Below are positions 1 through 11,822 of a stretch of DNA of 64,000 nucleotides, in pieces; position 1 is the stretch's first letter; the number at the start of each line of letters is the position of its first letter. The position numbers were made by a program, and so were the translations under genes. This stretch comes from Macrostomum lignano (lineage: Eukaryota), in the NCBI GenBank assembly GCA_002269645.1, contig NIVC01001201.1, forward strand, positions 1 to 64,000. Reading direction: 5' to 3'. The notes beneath the pieces were generated by a model. It saw only the letters and a list, made by a program, of their open reading frames with translations, ran no database searches and was not told the origin of the DNA.

Positions 1-346
1 AGACAGGCGCGCAACACTTGAGTATAATAGAAATTTTCGGCGCGGACAAAAAGAGCAAAAAATGCTTTTGAAGCACAGCACATGACATTTGTTGAGTCGC
101 ATAGCATTTGAATGAATTGTAATAGTAATTTAGCATAGCATTGCCCAAGTATTCATTCTTAACCAAGGTGTAATTTAAACCATCTAGACGGTCAAATGTT
201 TGTCTCCATTGCCCCATTGTGCCAATTTGACAAGTGACAATTTGTCCAGCATTTCTTGCCCCTGTCTTGGGCCTTCAATTCTACATGACTAAATTCCTAC
301 ATTATTTTGGGAATCGGTTGTTACCGATGAACTGGTAAATGAACAG

Positions 347-490
347 GATGCTAATTATAGAACTCCCTGCTAAATTCGGAGAGACGGTAGTAGTCTATGG
401 TGAAAAGCCAGGCTCAGATGCTAATTTTAGAACTCCCTGCTGGATTCGGAGAGACGGTAGTAGTCTATGGTGAAAAGCCAGGCTTAGATG
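347..490. repeat. Direct tandem duplication, ~70-bp unit x2
   Basis: gatgctaatt..agaactccctgct..attcggagagacggtagtagtctatggtgaaaagccaggc begins at 347 and again at 417. Confidence 0.85.
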
Positions 491-612
491 AGGCAAGATA
501 TGCTATAGTAAACAACCTAATGAAGTGCACACGGTTAACTTAAACCAGTCAATGTTCAGTCCCTATGATGAAACTTCTGAGACTCTCTGCTCAGAGTGAG
601 CTAGCAGACAGC

Positions 613-924
613 TCACATGCCATCAGACTGCTTGCGCAGCAGCACGTACAGGCGCTCCTTGATCCAGTCTTTGTTGTGGGGCACGTAGGTTCCGCTGGGC
701 CGGTTGAGCACAAGGCAGCTGAGGTCGCCCAGGCTTTCAATGAAATCAAACAGCTGGGCAATGTCATACGTGATGGTGGGCGCCTGCGGGTTGCTCGTCT
801 TCAGGTGCTCCTCAAAGACGCGGCAAACGCCGTCCAGACAGGCTTCGATGCTGTCGTAGTCGGCCCAGATGCGACCGTCCAGATAGCGAAGGTCGGGCTG
901 GATGAGCAGGATGGAGTGCGACAT
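613..924 (-). CDS. ERH: Enhancer of rudimentary homolog, single coding exon, 103 aa
   Basis: MSHSILLIQP...RIWADYDSIEACLDGVCRVFEEHLK..NP...ITYDIAQLFDFI..LGDLSCLV...TYVPHNKDWIKERLYVLLRKQ matches the ERH family along its whole length. ATG at 924-922, TGA at 615-613. Confidence 0.95.
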   Translation of the reverse strand: MSHSILLIQPDLRYLDGRIWADYDSIEACLDGVCRVFEEHLKTSNPQAPTITYDIAQLFDFIESLGDLSCLVLNRPSGTYVPHNKDWIKERLYVLLRKQSDGM

Positions 925-944
925 GGCGGCTGCGGGCGGCAACG

Positions 945-1912
945 GGGATCGGCTGCAGTTGGAGGCGGCAAGGTTACAGGGGACTGACCCGATTGCTGCA
1001 GTTGGAGCCGGCAAGGCTACAGGGGACTGACCCGATTGCTGCAGTTGGAGCCGGCAAGGTTACAGGGGACTGACCCGATTGCTGCAGTTGGAGCCGGCAA
1101 GGCTACAGGGGACTGACCCGATTGCTGCAGTTGGAGCCGGCAAGGCTACAGGGGACTGACCCGATTGCTGCAGTTGGAGCCGGCAAGGTTACAGGGGACT
1201 GACCCGATTGCTGCAGTTGGAGCCGGCAAGGTTACAGGGGACTGACCCGATTGCTGCAGTTGGAGCCGGCAAGGTTACAGGGGACTGACCCGATTGCTGC
1301 AGTTGGAGCCGGCAAGGCTACAGGGGACTGACCCGATTGCTGCAGTTGGAGCCGGCAAGGTTACAGGGGACTGACCCGATTGCTGCAGTTGGAGCCGGCA
1401 AGGTTACAGGGGACTGACCGATTGCTGCAGTTGGAGCCGGCAAGGCTACAGGGGACTGACCGATTGCTGCAGTTGGAGCCGGCAAGGTTACAGGGGACTG
1501 ACCCGATTGCTGCAGTTGGAGCCGGCAAGGTTACAGGGGACTGACCCGATTGCTGCAGTTGGAGCCGGCAAGGTTACAGGGGACTGACCCGATTGCTGCA
1601 GTTGGAGCCGGCAAGGTTACAGGGACTGACCCGATTGCTGCAGTTGGAGCCGGCAAGGTTACAGGGGACTGACCCGATTGCTGCAGTTGGAGCCGGCAAG
1701 GTTACAGGGGACTGACCCGATTGCTGCAGTTGGAGCCGGCAAGGTTACAGGGGACTGACCCGATTGCTGCAGTTGGAGCCGGCAAGGCTACAGGGGACTG
1801 ACCCGATTGCTGCAGTTGGAGCCGGCAAGGTTACAGGGGACTGACCGATTGCTGCAGTTGGAGCCGGCAAGGTTACAGGGGACTGACCCGATTGCTGCAG
1901 TCGGAGGCTAAC
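945..1912. repeat. 43-bp minisatellite (~22 copies) immediately 5' of the ERH start codon
   Basis: Unit gattgctgcagttggagccggcaaggttacaggggactgaccc, period 43 (e.g. 1021 to 1064). Confidence 0.95.
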
Positions 1913-2276
1913 AGTTTGATCTGGCATCATTCCACACTACTAAAAGTAGCATTTGCGGGAGTTCAAGGACAAAAATTTTGTTACTACCGAAAATCCCATT
2001 TCAATAGCACACAATTATGGTCATGTTTGTATTTCAGGTGAGCTGGATGAGCAGAAAAAAATGTTGCAAATATGAATAGCGCTGACTGAATGATGAGCAC
2101 TGTACAAAAGTTTAGCTATGCCAGCCCAGATTCCCACCCACTTCAAGCCTTTGAGTTTGAGGCTGGAACACACTAAATAGCAATTTACATGTTCACCGGG
2201 CAAACATTGTTACATTTTGTTGATAATAAAAACAATAACATGCAATTTCCCCTTCCAAGCACTCTATTATTAAGGC

Positions 2277-2330
2277 GACGAGGCATTTAGCGATGTAAAA
2301 ACTGGCTAGTTACTCCCCCCGTTTACCCGC
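2277..2330 (-). other. 28S rRNA-like fragment (R2/I-PpoI site region), copy A, in CD2BP2 3'UTR
   Basis: Minus strand reads GCGGGTAAACGGGGGGAGTAACTA-N20-ATGCCTCGTC; 28S is GCGGGTAAACGGCGGGAGTAACTA-TGACTCTCTTAAGGTAGCCAA-ATGCCTCGTC (recalled universal eukaryotic LSU sequence). Confidence 0.75.
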
Positions 2331-2347
2331 AAGCCCAACAAACATAG

Positions 2348-5147
2348 TTACACATAAAGGTCAAAGTCAATCCTGGCGGACGAGTAAAACGGCGCGTCCG
2401 GAGCGGCGTCCCGTTTCCGAACAAAGACTGTCCGGTGGCCGCCCGGCCAGCCCGTGTCCGACTCCGCCCACTCCAGCATCCGCTGCGAGCTGAACGGCCC
2501 CATCAGTTCGGCATTCGGATCGTCAGAAACTCGATAGTACCAGAACACCCCGCCCTCCTCGGCCATCTCGGAGTCTTTGTTCTCGGTCTTTGTCTGGTCG
2601 TCTTTGTTATTGGTATCGGCGGGTCCGCCAGTTGGCTCGTCCTCCGCAAACATGTCGACGCCGCCTGCGGATTGCGATAGAGGTCAGGGGTTCCGGTGTC
2701 AGCTGTGTCTGATCTACATGGGTGCCAGTGTCAGCTGTGCCTGATCTACATGGGTGCCAGAGTCAGCTGTGCCTGATCCCCCAGGGGTGCCGGTGTCAGC
2801 TGTGCCTGATCCCCAGGGGTGCCAGAGTCAGCTGTGCCTGATCTACAGGGGTGCCGGTGTCAGCTGTGTCTGATCTAAATGGGTGCCGGTGTCATCTGTG
2901 CCTGATCCCCAGGGGCGCCAGTGTCAGCTGTGCCTGATCCCCAGGGTGCCGGTGTCAGCTGTGCCTGATCTACAGGGGTGCCGGTGTCAGCTGTGCCTGA
3001 TCTACATGGGTGCCAGAGTCAGCTGTGTCTGATCTAAATGGGTGCCGGTGTCAGCTGTGCCTGATCCCCAGGGGTGCCGGTGTCAGCTGTGCCTGATCTA
3101 CATGGGTGCCAGAGTCAGCTGTGCCTGATCTACAGGGGTGCCAGAGTCAGCTGTGCCTGATCTACAGGGGTGCCAGAGTCAGCTGTGCCTGATCTACAGG
3201 GGTGCCAGAGTCAGCTGTGTCTGATCTAAATGGGTGCCGGTGTCATCTGTGCCTGTCCCTGATCCCAGGGGTGCCGGTGTCAGCTGTGCCTGATCTAAAT
3301 GGGTGCCGGTGTCAGCTGTGCCTGTCCCTGATCCCCAGGGTGCCGGTGTCAGCTGTGCCTGTCCCTGATCCCCAGGGGTGCCGGTGTCAGCTGTGCCTGA
3401 TTCCCAGGGGTGCCAGAGTCATCTGTGCCTGATCTAAATGGGTGCCGGTGTCAGCTGTGCCTGTCCCTGATCCCCAGGGTGCCGGTGTCAGCTGTGCCTG
3501 TCCCTGATCCCCAGGGGTGCCAGAGTTAGCTGTGCCTGATCCCCAGGGGTGCCAGAGTTAGCTGTGCCTGATCCCCAGGGGTGCCAGAGTTAGGCTTATT
3601 TTACCTGTCGTAGCCGCGGCCGCCTCGGCGTCGCCGACCCCGCCCAGCCTGGCAAGCTGCCCGGCGTCCATCTGGTAGGCGGTCATGTGACCCGCGGACA
3701 CGAGCCGGCCGGCCAGATCGGACAGCGTTAGCATCCGCTCGCGATTGGCCGCGGCGGCGGCCGCCTCCTCCTTAGATGTTCCGGCGGCGCCGCCCGCCTT
3801 CTTCAAGCGCAGGCGCTGCGAGGCGCTCAGCGCCCGATTGGCGCCGCCGCCGAGCCGCTTGATGGCGCCGGCCACGGTCTCGCCGGGCTGGAGGAAGCCG
3901 CGGACGGCCGCGCACAGGTCGGATAGCTGCGAGAGTCCGAGCTCGTCCGAGCCGCTGTCCGAGTCGCCGCCGCCGTCCGGGTCGCTGTCTTCGTTGTCCT
4001 TGTCGCTGCTGGCGTCCTTCTTAGCGGCGGAGGAGGACGCGGCTGTCGGCGCGGCCTTGCGCTTGACGGACTCCCAGTCCACGGACTCGAGCCAGCTGTC
4101 GTGGATCTCCTTGTCCTGAGGGGAGAGAGAATGGGGGATATATAATGGCTTCATTTAATGGGCCGCTGCATCCTGCATGATTCAGTGCTGAGTGTAATTC
4201 AGCGGTCGCTCTGAATTAGCCCGGATTAGTGAGGAGACAAGCAGCTGACCCCTGAACACGCACACGCTCACACAAGGTGTACAGCGGCTGACTTTCTACG
4301 AAGTACGCAGAGTCCGAATCCATCTGACCGTGCAAGGAATCGAACTTTAGGGAACCACATCAGGGAACCAATGCGCAGTCAGATGCATGACCGCAGTTAC
4401 TTACTTAGCCCTAGTTCCTGCAGAACACAATGGTAATACAGCGGCCCCAAGAGAACTAATTGGTCCTACAGCGACCCCTAGAGAAATCAATGGTCCTACA
4501 GCGGCCCCTAGAGAACCCATTGGTCCTACAGCGGCACCTAGAGAACTCAATGGTCCTACACCGGCCCCTAGAGAACCCATTGGTCCTACAGCGGCCCCTA
4601 GAGAACTCAATGGTCCTACAGCGACCCCTAGAGAACTCAATGGTCCTACAGCGACCCCTAGAGAACTCAATGGTCCTACAGCGGCCCCTAGAGAACAAAA
4701 TGGTCCTACAGCGGCCCCTAGAGAACTCAATGGTCCTACAGCGGCCCCTAGAAAACCCATTGGTCCTACAGCGATCCCTAGAGAACTCAATGGTCCTACA
4801 GCAGCCCCCGTAGAACCGGATGGCCCTTCAGCCTCCCAGCGCACCTCCTTGTTGAAGATGTAGCAGCCAGCCGAGTCGAAGTAGCCCTCGCGCATTTCCT
4901 CCCGCATGTTGAACGGCGTGATGGCAATGCCGTCATCATTAGTGATGGTGGCCTCCTCCTGGCCCTCAATGTCCTCTTCCCGCAGGCGGTCGGGCTCCTC
5001 GCCTTTGCCAGCCGCCGACTCGTCGCCGTCCTCCTCGTCGCTGTCCAGCGTGTGGCGGCTGCCAGCCGGCCGCCTGGGCGGCGGCTCCTCGGCAACAACG
5101 GCGGCCTCGGCAAAGCGGACTCGCTTGGCAGGTGGGGGAGACGACAT
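2348..5147 (-). CDS. CD2BP2: CD2 antigen cytoplasmic tail-binding protein 2 / U5-52K (LIN1 family), 3 exons
   Basis: Exons 5147-4845, 4115-3605, 2664-2348 with GT-AG ends and consistent phases (0,1). Motifs HTLDSDEED, EDIEGQE, ITPFNMREEMREGYFD, DSWLESVDW, LQPGETVAGAIKRLGG, and C-terminal GYF-type domain GPFSSQRM..W...FYSSARIDFDLY. Confidence 0.92.
2690..3595. repeat. ~33-bp minisatellite filling CD2BP2 intron 2
   Basis: Unit ggtgcc(g/a)g(t/a)gtcagctgtgcctgatc(tac/ccc)aggg repeated; boundaries approximate. Confidence 0.9.
4430..4810. repeat. 30-bp minisatellite in CD2BP2 intron 1
   Basis: Unit ggtcctacagcggcccctagagaactcaat, ~12 copies. Confidence 0.9.
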
Positions 5148-6557
5148 CGCCGGAGCTCAGGGGTCTCGGAATCGGGCAATGAAAAGCTGGAAATGCAGGC
5201 AATAATTTCGCAAATAGAAGGCAATTAATTAGTCGCAGAGGTAAGGTACCACATACACCAAGGTATTATTATATGTATGAATAATAAAATAGACCTTTAT
5301 GAAAAAATGAATATCTACACGTAGCTATGCTTATCCTGAGACTATAGAATTGTAATTTGATGATGTAAACAAAAGGGCCTGTCAACTTAAGCTCATAAAG
5401 TGGAGCCTGAGTAACCTATGTACACAAATGATACATCATTCTGCTCACAGTAACACCAGGAGCTGGATTTGACAAAAAGATTTACAAAAATTGGACCTGG
5501 GATAGGAGAGAACAAGTAAGGGGACAATTAGCGACTATTATATAAACTTAAGCTCATAAGGTGGAGTCACACTTGGCACAGTGCTTAGAATCCATGTCAA
5601 AATGTCAAAAGTTAACAAAGTTATTTTGTATGCTTTGCATAGCAGTGCTATTTTATTGGAATGCTACCACTGCTAGAGCAATGCAGAGTGCCAAAAAGAT
5701 TTTTGTTGTTGCAACACCTCCCAGGCCCCCAGTGCATACTTAATAACCCCTAGACATAGCCCATGTACCTTGGAGAGTGACCCCTAGGCATATTTTTGCT
5801 GGACCCTTGATATGCATCTGTGCAATTTTAGAATTTATTCCAATAGGGCATGCTAGTTAACACATACTTTCTCTACATGGCCTTGCAGCTTAGCTTAAGC
5901 TTCAATTTTCATATTGGCAAGCTAGTTACTTAATGATAAACTATAGCATAGTGAGGCTTGGGATATGAATTTGTTTTCTAACACAATTTTGGAACAGCAA
6001 TTTTTGGTTGTTTAAAATTCAATTATTGCATTTCTTTGGCTCCCTAATAGGGGGCGTAGATTGCTAGTTGTGTTAGCTAAACTCTTGCACATTTGATAAA
6101 TTATAACTAGTCTAAGAATAAAAAATATATATCCTAATCCAAACACCATATAAAACTAATAAGACTATATAACAAACTACATATTAAGCATTTTATTATA
6201 TAAATGGTCCATTATAGACTATTTACGAATTAAAAGATGGGCTTATAGATACAAATGCAAAGGATTATGATATTGCAAAAAAATATTTCTGACAAACAAA
6301 AGTCTCATAAATAATAGTTTAATTTCCTTATATAATAATTTATTTTATTTGTTACTTCTATAATTAAATAGATAAAGTATAGTATAGCATAGTAGTATAT
6401 ATTTTGCCTTTTGTTAGTTGCCTAGACCTATAGGCTTACCCTATAGTAAGAAGGTAGCCTTAGCCATAGAAAATCAATCTTCCTTTTCACTCAATCTTCC
6501 ATAATGCTGCTCTAGTTTTATCAATCTTCTTCAAATTTGAAAGACAATCTTTAACTA

Positions 6558-7137
6558 CAAGGGGTGTCCCAACAGTCGGTGCACTTTTTTCACTACAGCC
6601 TTTTCTGAACGATCAGAAATATTAAGTCTGTTGCAGTTGAAAAGAGAATTATCTGCCCATTAAAATGACTTTCTGTTTACTTCTGTATCTGCTGGCATTC
6701 TTGAGATATGAGCACTTTTCTGCCCCACCCCCTGTGCTACTTTACGAATTGCCATAGACCAAAGCTTTGTACCTGCGGACAGAAGTGTGCAGCGCACCCA
6801 GTGGTGACTATGTGGAGAAGCCTCAGGACAATGTTGATTAACTTTTAACTGTTCTTTCCTCAGCTTTCATGTTGCAGATGTTTTGTTGATTTGTTGAATG
6901 TTTTGTTGTTTGGTGCATCAGGTACAAAGCTTTGGTCTATGGCAATTTGTAAAAGTAGCACAGGGGGTGGGGCAGAAAAGTGCTCATATCTCAAGAATGC
7001 CAGCAGATACAGAAATAAACAGAAAGTCATTTTAATGGGCAGATAATTCTCTTTTCAACTGCAACAGACTTAATATTTCTGATCAGTCAGAAAAGGCTTT
7101 AGTAAAGAAAGTGCACCAACTTTTGGGACACCCCTTG
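6558..7137. mobile_element. Foldback MITE, Tc1/mariner-like, ~220-bp terminal inverted repeats
   Basis: TA|CAAGGGGTGTCCCAA...GTACCTG (6558-6775) is the near-perfect reverse complement of CAGGTAC...TTGGGACACCCCTTG|TA (6919-7137). Flanked by TA on both sides; no coding capacity. Confidence 0.85.
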
Positions 7138-7637
7138 TATTTTGACACAATTATGTAAAATGTTGAGTCTCAACATTCATACTAAATGGTGCTGTGCACT
7201 TGTTTGCTCCATATAAAGCAATTGACATAAAACTTGACACAATTTTTCATTGATTTATTTTCTATCTAAATGTGGTGTATCACACACTGAGATGCACTAT
7301 AGTTTATATAAGTTCAAGTTCGTTATTCAATGCCATTTGTTTGCACTAATCGCCTCTAAGCATTCTATCGCTACAGTTTCTTCTATGGTAATTAACCCAG
7401 CCCAAAGTTTCTAGAGCTCACCCTTGTGATCTCTTTCAAATAAGAAATATAAAGAATCTTAAGCTCATGGGTTAAATACTTCAGCCGGAGTTCAATTCAC
7501 AACACTAAATAACCTTCCCCCTTTAAGTCTCAACTCAATACCTTAATTAGGACAGAAACTATATTATAAGCATATGAATTTTTTTGTTGTTTTCTGCTAT
7601 TTATACCACTTAGGCCTACTCACTTTGGCAATATACA

Positions 7638-7936
7638 CATACATGCGCAACAGTTGGCCAAGTCAGCCGATCCGGCCAACCGATTTGGCAGCCAATCAAG
7701 GAAGTCGCAAAAATGCCCACCTGAAAAAATACAAAAGTAGTATTACTAAGTAGCTGACGAGGCATTTTGACCTAAAAGGACAGGCATAGTTACTCCTGCC
7801 GTTTACTCAATGTTGCGTTAATTTTGCTTTATGGTTTTTATTACATATAAGTTGCATTTTTGGCCAAAAACTACGTCGCATTTTTGTTAAAACTAAGTCG
7901 CATGGCCGACCGAATTTTGGAGGTTGCGCATGTATG
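7638..7936 (-). mobile_element. hAT-type MITE (~300 bp), copy 1, containing a 28S rRNA-like segment (7745-7808)
   Basis: TIR CATACATGCGCAAC...GTTGCGCATGTATG; perfect 8-bp TSD aatataca (7630-7637 and 7937-7944). A homologous copy lies in the opposite orientation at 50278-50574. Confidence 0.9.
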
Positions 7937-8189
7937 AATATACAAGTTGGGTTGTTTAAGAATTGAAAATTTATTTATTAGGCCTACATTGGCTCTGAAT
8001 TTTAATATGACCTATTTATAAAATTTTTATGCTAGAAATCAATACTAGATAATTCACAAAAAAAACTTTTTTACTGAAAGTCAATTCACCAAATACCTTT
8101 TTGCCAAAAACCTAATTGGGAAACTGATATCCACCAATTCAAACAGTGCTCTTGGCAATCTTTCAAGTCCTCCATTCCATCCAATATAC

Positions 8190-8330
8190 TAAAAATGAGT
8201 TGTCTGTGGGTATGCGATAGATTTCAGAAAAAAATGGCTCAACCGATTTTTTTCAAACTTGCACCATTCAATCAGAAATTTTCCTGGGACGGTACATACA
8301 CCTTGGCTAAGAAATTGCTCAATGTTAAAG
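8190..8330. repeat. Dispersed non-autonomous repeat (related copies ~48280-48380 reversed and ~49640-49800)
   Basis: Shared blocks aaaaaatggctcaaccgattt...aaacttg(c/t)accatt and gatcagaaatttt....tggctaagaaattgctcaatg. Class not determinable (DINE/Helitron-like by resemblance only). Confidence 0.5.
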
Positions 8331-9929
8331 AGATTAAATATTCAAAAAACATGCTTTTTTGCAAAGGTCAAGTTAATTTTTTGACTTGAAATGCATTGGA
8401 AGAATGCTAGAAAAAACACTGACTGACTGAAATTTGATTCTGATAAAGATTGCATCACAACAAGTTGAAAACAGTGTCAAAGAAATGCGCACAAGACTTG
8501 AATAAAATTGCGTAACTGTATTGCTAACTTAAACTGAGACTCCTCTCTACCCTATCTCCCAACCTTCTCTTCCCTACCCTCTTTTCCTCTTCACTCTCTC
8601 CGCTACCTTCTCCCCCCTCTACCCTCTTTCTCTTCCATTTTAAGAGTGAATACACACTAAGTTGATGGAATGCAGAATATAGGGCATAAACTTACCACTC
8701 AAACACAGTTGATGGAACCAATGTTTGCACTTATCACAATTTAATGCAGGCTCCTTGTCAGTTACTGCTCTGACACACGCTGGACAGACATCTTCTTTGA
8801 CTTCCATCAGACAATTAGTTAAGGAGCTGGTATGCTTTAGCTAGCTAGTTGCTTTTTAGATGCAGGGAAGATATTAAGTTGATATTCTTGAGTGTTAAAG
8901 AGTAAATATATAGTGTGCAGACCGGAAGCTATATGGATCTTGCTTTCAATTGCTTCTGTACAAGTATGGATATAGGACGCATGCTGTGTTGCTGAATGAA
9001 CAAATAAGTGTTATCTAAATATACTACCAGTAAATCTCTTCATTTACTAAATGTAGAAGACCAAGTTTTGTTTGACTTTACACTTATACACATGTGTTTA
9101 TGTTGCCATGGTCACGAGCCACGACTATAAGTTTGCAGTACACGCACAGGACAGTTGTCAATAAGCGCCAAAATTAATTACAAGATAAATTTCAAGCCAA
9201 CTCACCTATAATCTATACTCTGAGGTGCACATATAGTAGCGGATCTAGAATTTCATTTGGGGGCCGAAGGGGAGGGGCATCAATCCAAGTTTTGGGTGCC
9301 AACATGAGTATGAAGGGTGCCAAAATGCGTAGGAGGCAAAAAATCTAGTTTAAAGGGTGCAAACTTAGGTTTTTGGGGCTCAATAAGTTCTATCAAGCTC
9401 TATCCGCGGGTCCGCCCCTATTGGCGCCCTTTGTCTTAATAGTCCTTAAATTAGCACATAACATATGTATAGTCATAAGCTATGCTATAGGTATACAGTT
9501 GTTTTCTAAACTTGTTCAATGGCTTTTAAGATGTACATTTACATCTATAATACATGTACATGTAGATGTAGTACAAAAAATCTAATAATCAATTGTCGTT
9601 GACTTGGGTTGAAAAATGTAAATATGGATAAAATTAAGTGCACACTATAAATGTTATGCCTCGAAATGCACTCAAACAAAATGATAATTGCAGATAGCAT
9701 ATAAACCTTTATTACTTTAATAAGAGTTTATATTAATAGCTATATATTTTAATATTTAACAACAAAAAATAGGCAAATCAAGTCTAAAAAGCTTGTCACT
9801 GAATTGACCACTGGTGTCACCGAAATGTGCCAAGTTGTCACCGAAGTTGTTGTCACCATAATGTCTTGTCACCGAATTGACCTGGGACCAGCTCTAGCAC
9901 CGAAACCAGTTAAGATTCAGTAGTATACT

Positions 9930-10380
9930 CCAAACCAGGACTTTGATGTCTGGATCCAAGCTCTTAAGGAGCATTGTGAACTCAATGGGATTGCAGATGA
10001 CAGACAAAAGAAAGCAGAATTCCACGTAAATTTGGACATTGCCATAATGTATACTACAATTATTAGAATGGAACTGCTAAACAATCTAACATTTGGCAAA
10101 TTCAAGTAGAGGTTGTCCGAGCACTTTACACACATGGCTGACATACTGGAGTATCATGAACAATACCAATGCTGCCAGCCAGCAAGGCAAGAATAAGTGT
10201 TGACAATTATGGCAACCAAATAATTGCTTTGGCCAATAGAGCATTTTTGCATTTCATCCTAGTTCAGAAGAAGGTTAAGCTGGTTGACCAGTTCACTGTG
10301 GGAGTGCAAATTGCCTAGTCAGCCAGAGAACAGTTAATCTGAATCTGACTGCAGCTAAAAGGGCCGTGCTACACCTAGAC
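9930..10380 (+). mobile_element. Possible degraded LTR-retrotransposon gag remnant
   Basis: Plus frame gives DVWIQALKEHCELNGIADDRQKKAEFHVNLD, resembling Gypsy gag N-termini; downstream it is broken by stops and shifts. Confidence 0.3.
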
Positions 10381-11299
10381 AGCAGCTAGCTTGGCTCAAC
10401 AAGTAGCACCATTGCCAGCAGCAAGACATTCTCATTTTCAGTGAAACTTTCTAGCTTTACGAGTGCCAAGATAATGAAGGCAAGAATTCAAAGTTCTAGA
10501 AACTGCCCAACCACCCCAAAATTTTCTTTTCTCTGCCCCTACCTCAGGCAGGGCTGCTAGTGGCAGATCCAGAGGGAATGGGGGCAGCTGTCCCCCTCTT
10601 TTTCCATGGCTGAACGTCTGTACCTGTAGCCATCACATCCATCACTAGCTAATAGATTATTGTATCTATTAGGGGGGATATAGCAATTTTTGGCTTATTT
10701 AGAGGCGAAATCCAAAAACGTGGGATAAAACGGTAAAACAAATCTGCGGACATTCGATGGAAAGTAATGTATCTAAAAAAGGTTTTTGAAAGATAGATAT
10801 GTCTTTAGAAAATAGTTCTGGATAAAAACTATTGTTTTCATGCTTTGTATTGTTGAATAAATAAGAAAAAACCACAAAAAAGCATTTTGAAAGTCCGAGT
10901 TGACCGATTTGCAATTTTTTGTTTCACTTTTTTTCATTATTAAACAATTAATTTTAAGACTTGTAGGCCTTAGAGAAGGCTAATTTTTTTACTAATTACA
11001 AAACAGAAAGTAATCTGTGTTTTACTTTTTATTCAATTCAAAAAGATGAAGTATTTCTAAGGATTTCAAAGTTTTTCTAAAACCATATAAACTCGCAAAA
11101 ATTCATACTAATATAAAGTGCAAAGTTTGCCAGCAAACATCTTTTTCTAAAAGTAAATATATCGCTAATTCCTTGTTGCAAAATAATCTTTAAGTTGTTT
11201 TCTTTCATTTAAATATCAACTTATTTGTAATAGTATTTGTAATATGCCTATATTTAGACTTAAAAATTTTGGGTAAAAAATGGTACCACAAGATGTGAA

Positions 11300-11822
11300 C
11301 CCGGCATCCAAATCAGATGCTTACTGTATGCTCATTAAGCGACGAAGAACAATGAAATTACACTAAAACATGTATCATCGCGGCGTGTATGCAGGAAAAA
11401 AAGAATTTTCCAAATCGCTTCAGTAGAAGCTGAGTAAAATGCAATTTTCCAATCCTTATGGGAATTCCAATGTGTTACCCGGCTTCCAAATCAGATGCTT
11501 ACTGTATGCTTATTAAGCGACGAAGAACAATGAAATTACACTAAGACATGTATCATCGCGGCGTGTATGCAGGAAAAAAAGAATTTTCCAAATCGCTTCA
11601 GTAGAAGCTGAGTAAAATGCAATTTTCCAATCCTTATGGGAATTCCAATGTGTTACCCGGCTTCCAAATCAGATGCTTACTGTATGCTTATTAAGCGACG
11701 AAGAACAATGAAATTACACTAAAACATGTATCATCGCGGCGTGTATGCAGGAAAAAAAGAATTTTCCAAATCGCTTTAGTAGAAGCTGAGTAAAATGCAA
11801 TTTTCCGATCCTTACGGGAATT
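11300..11822. repeat. 178-bp tandem repeat x3
   Basis: cccggc(a/t)tccaaatcagatgcttactgtatgc... starts at 11300, 11478 and 11656. Confidence 0.9.

Noticed and set aside
7745-7808. Hammerhead ribozyme (CTGACGA followed by a ggca/tgcc stem)
   Set aside because: No GAAA after the stem, CTGA is not conserved in the other copies, and the sequence is explained by 28S homology.
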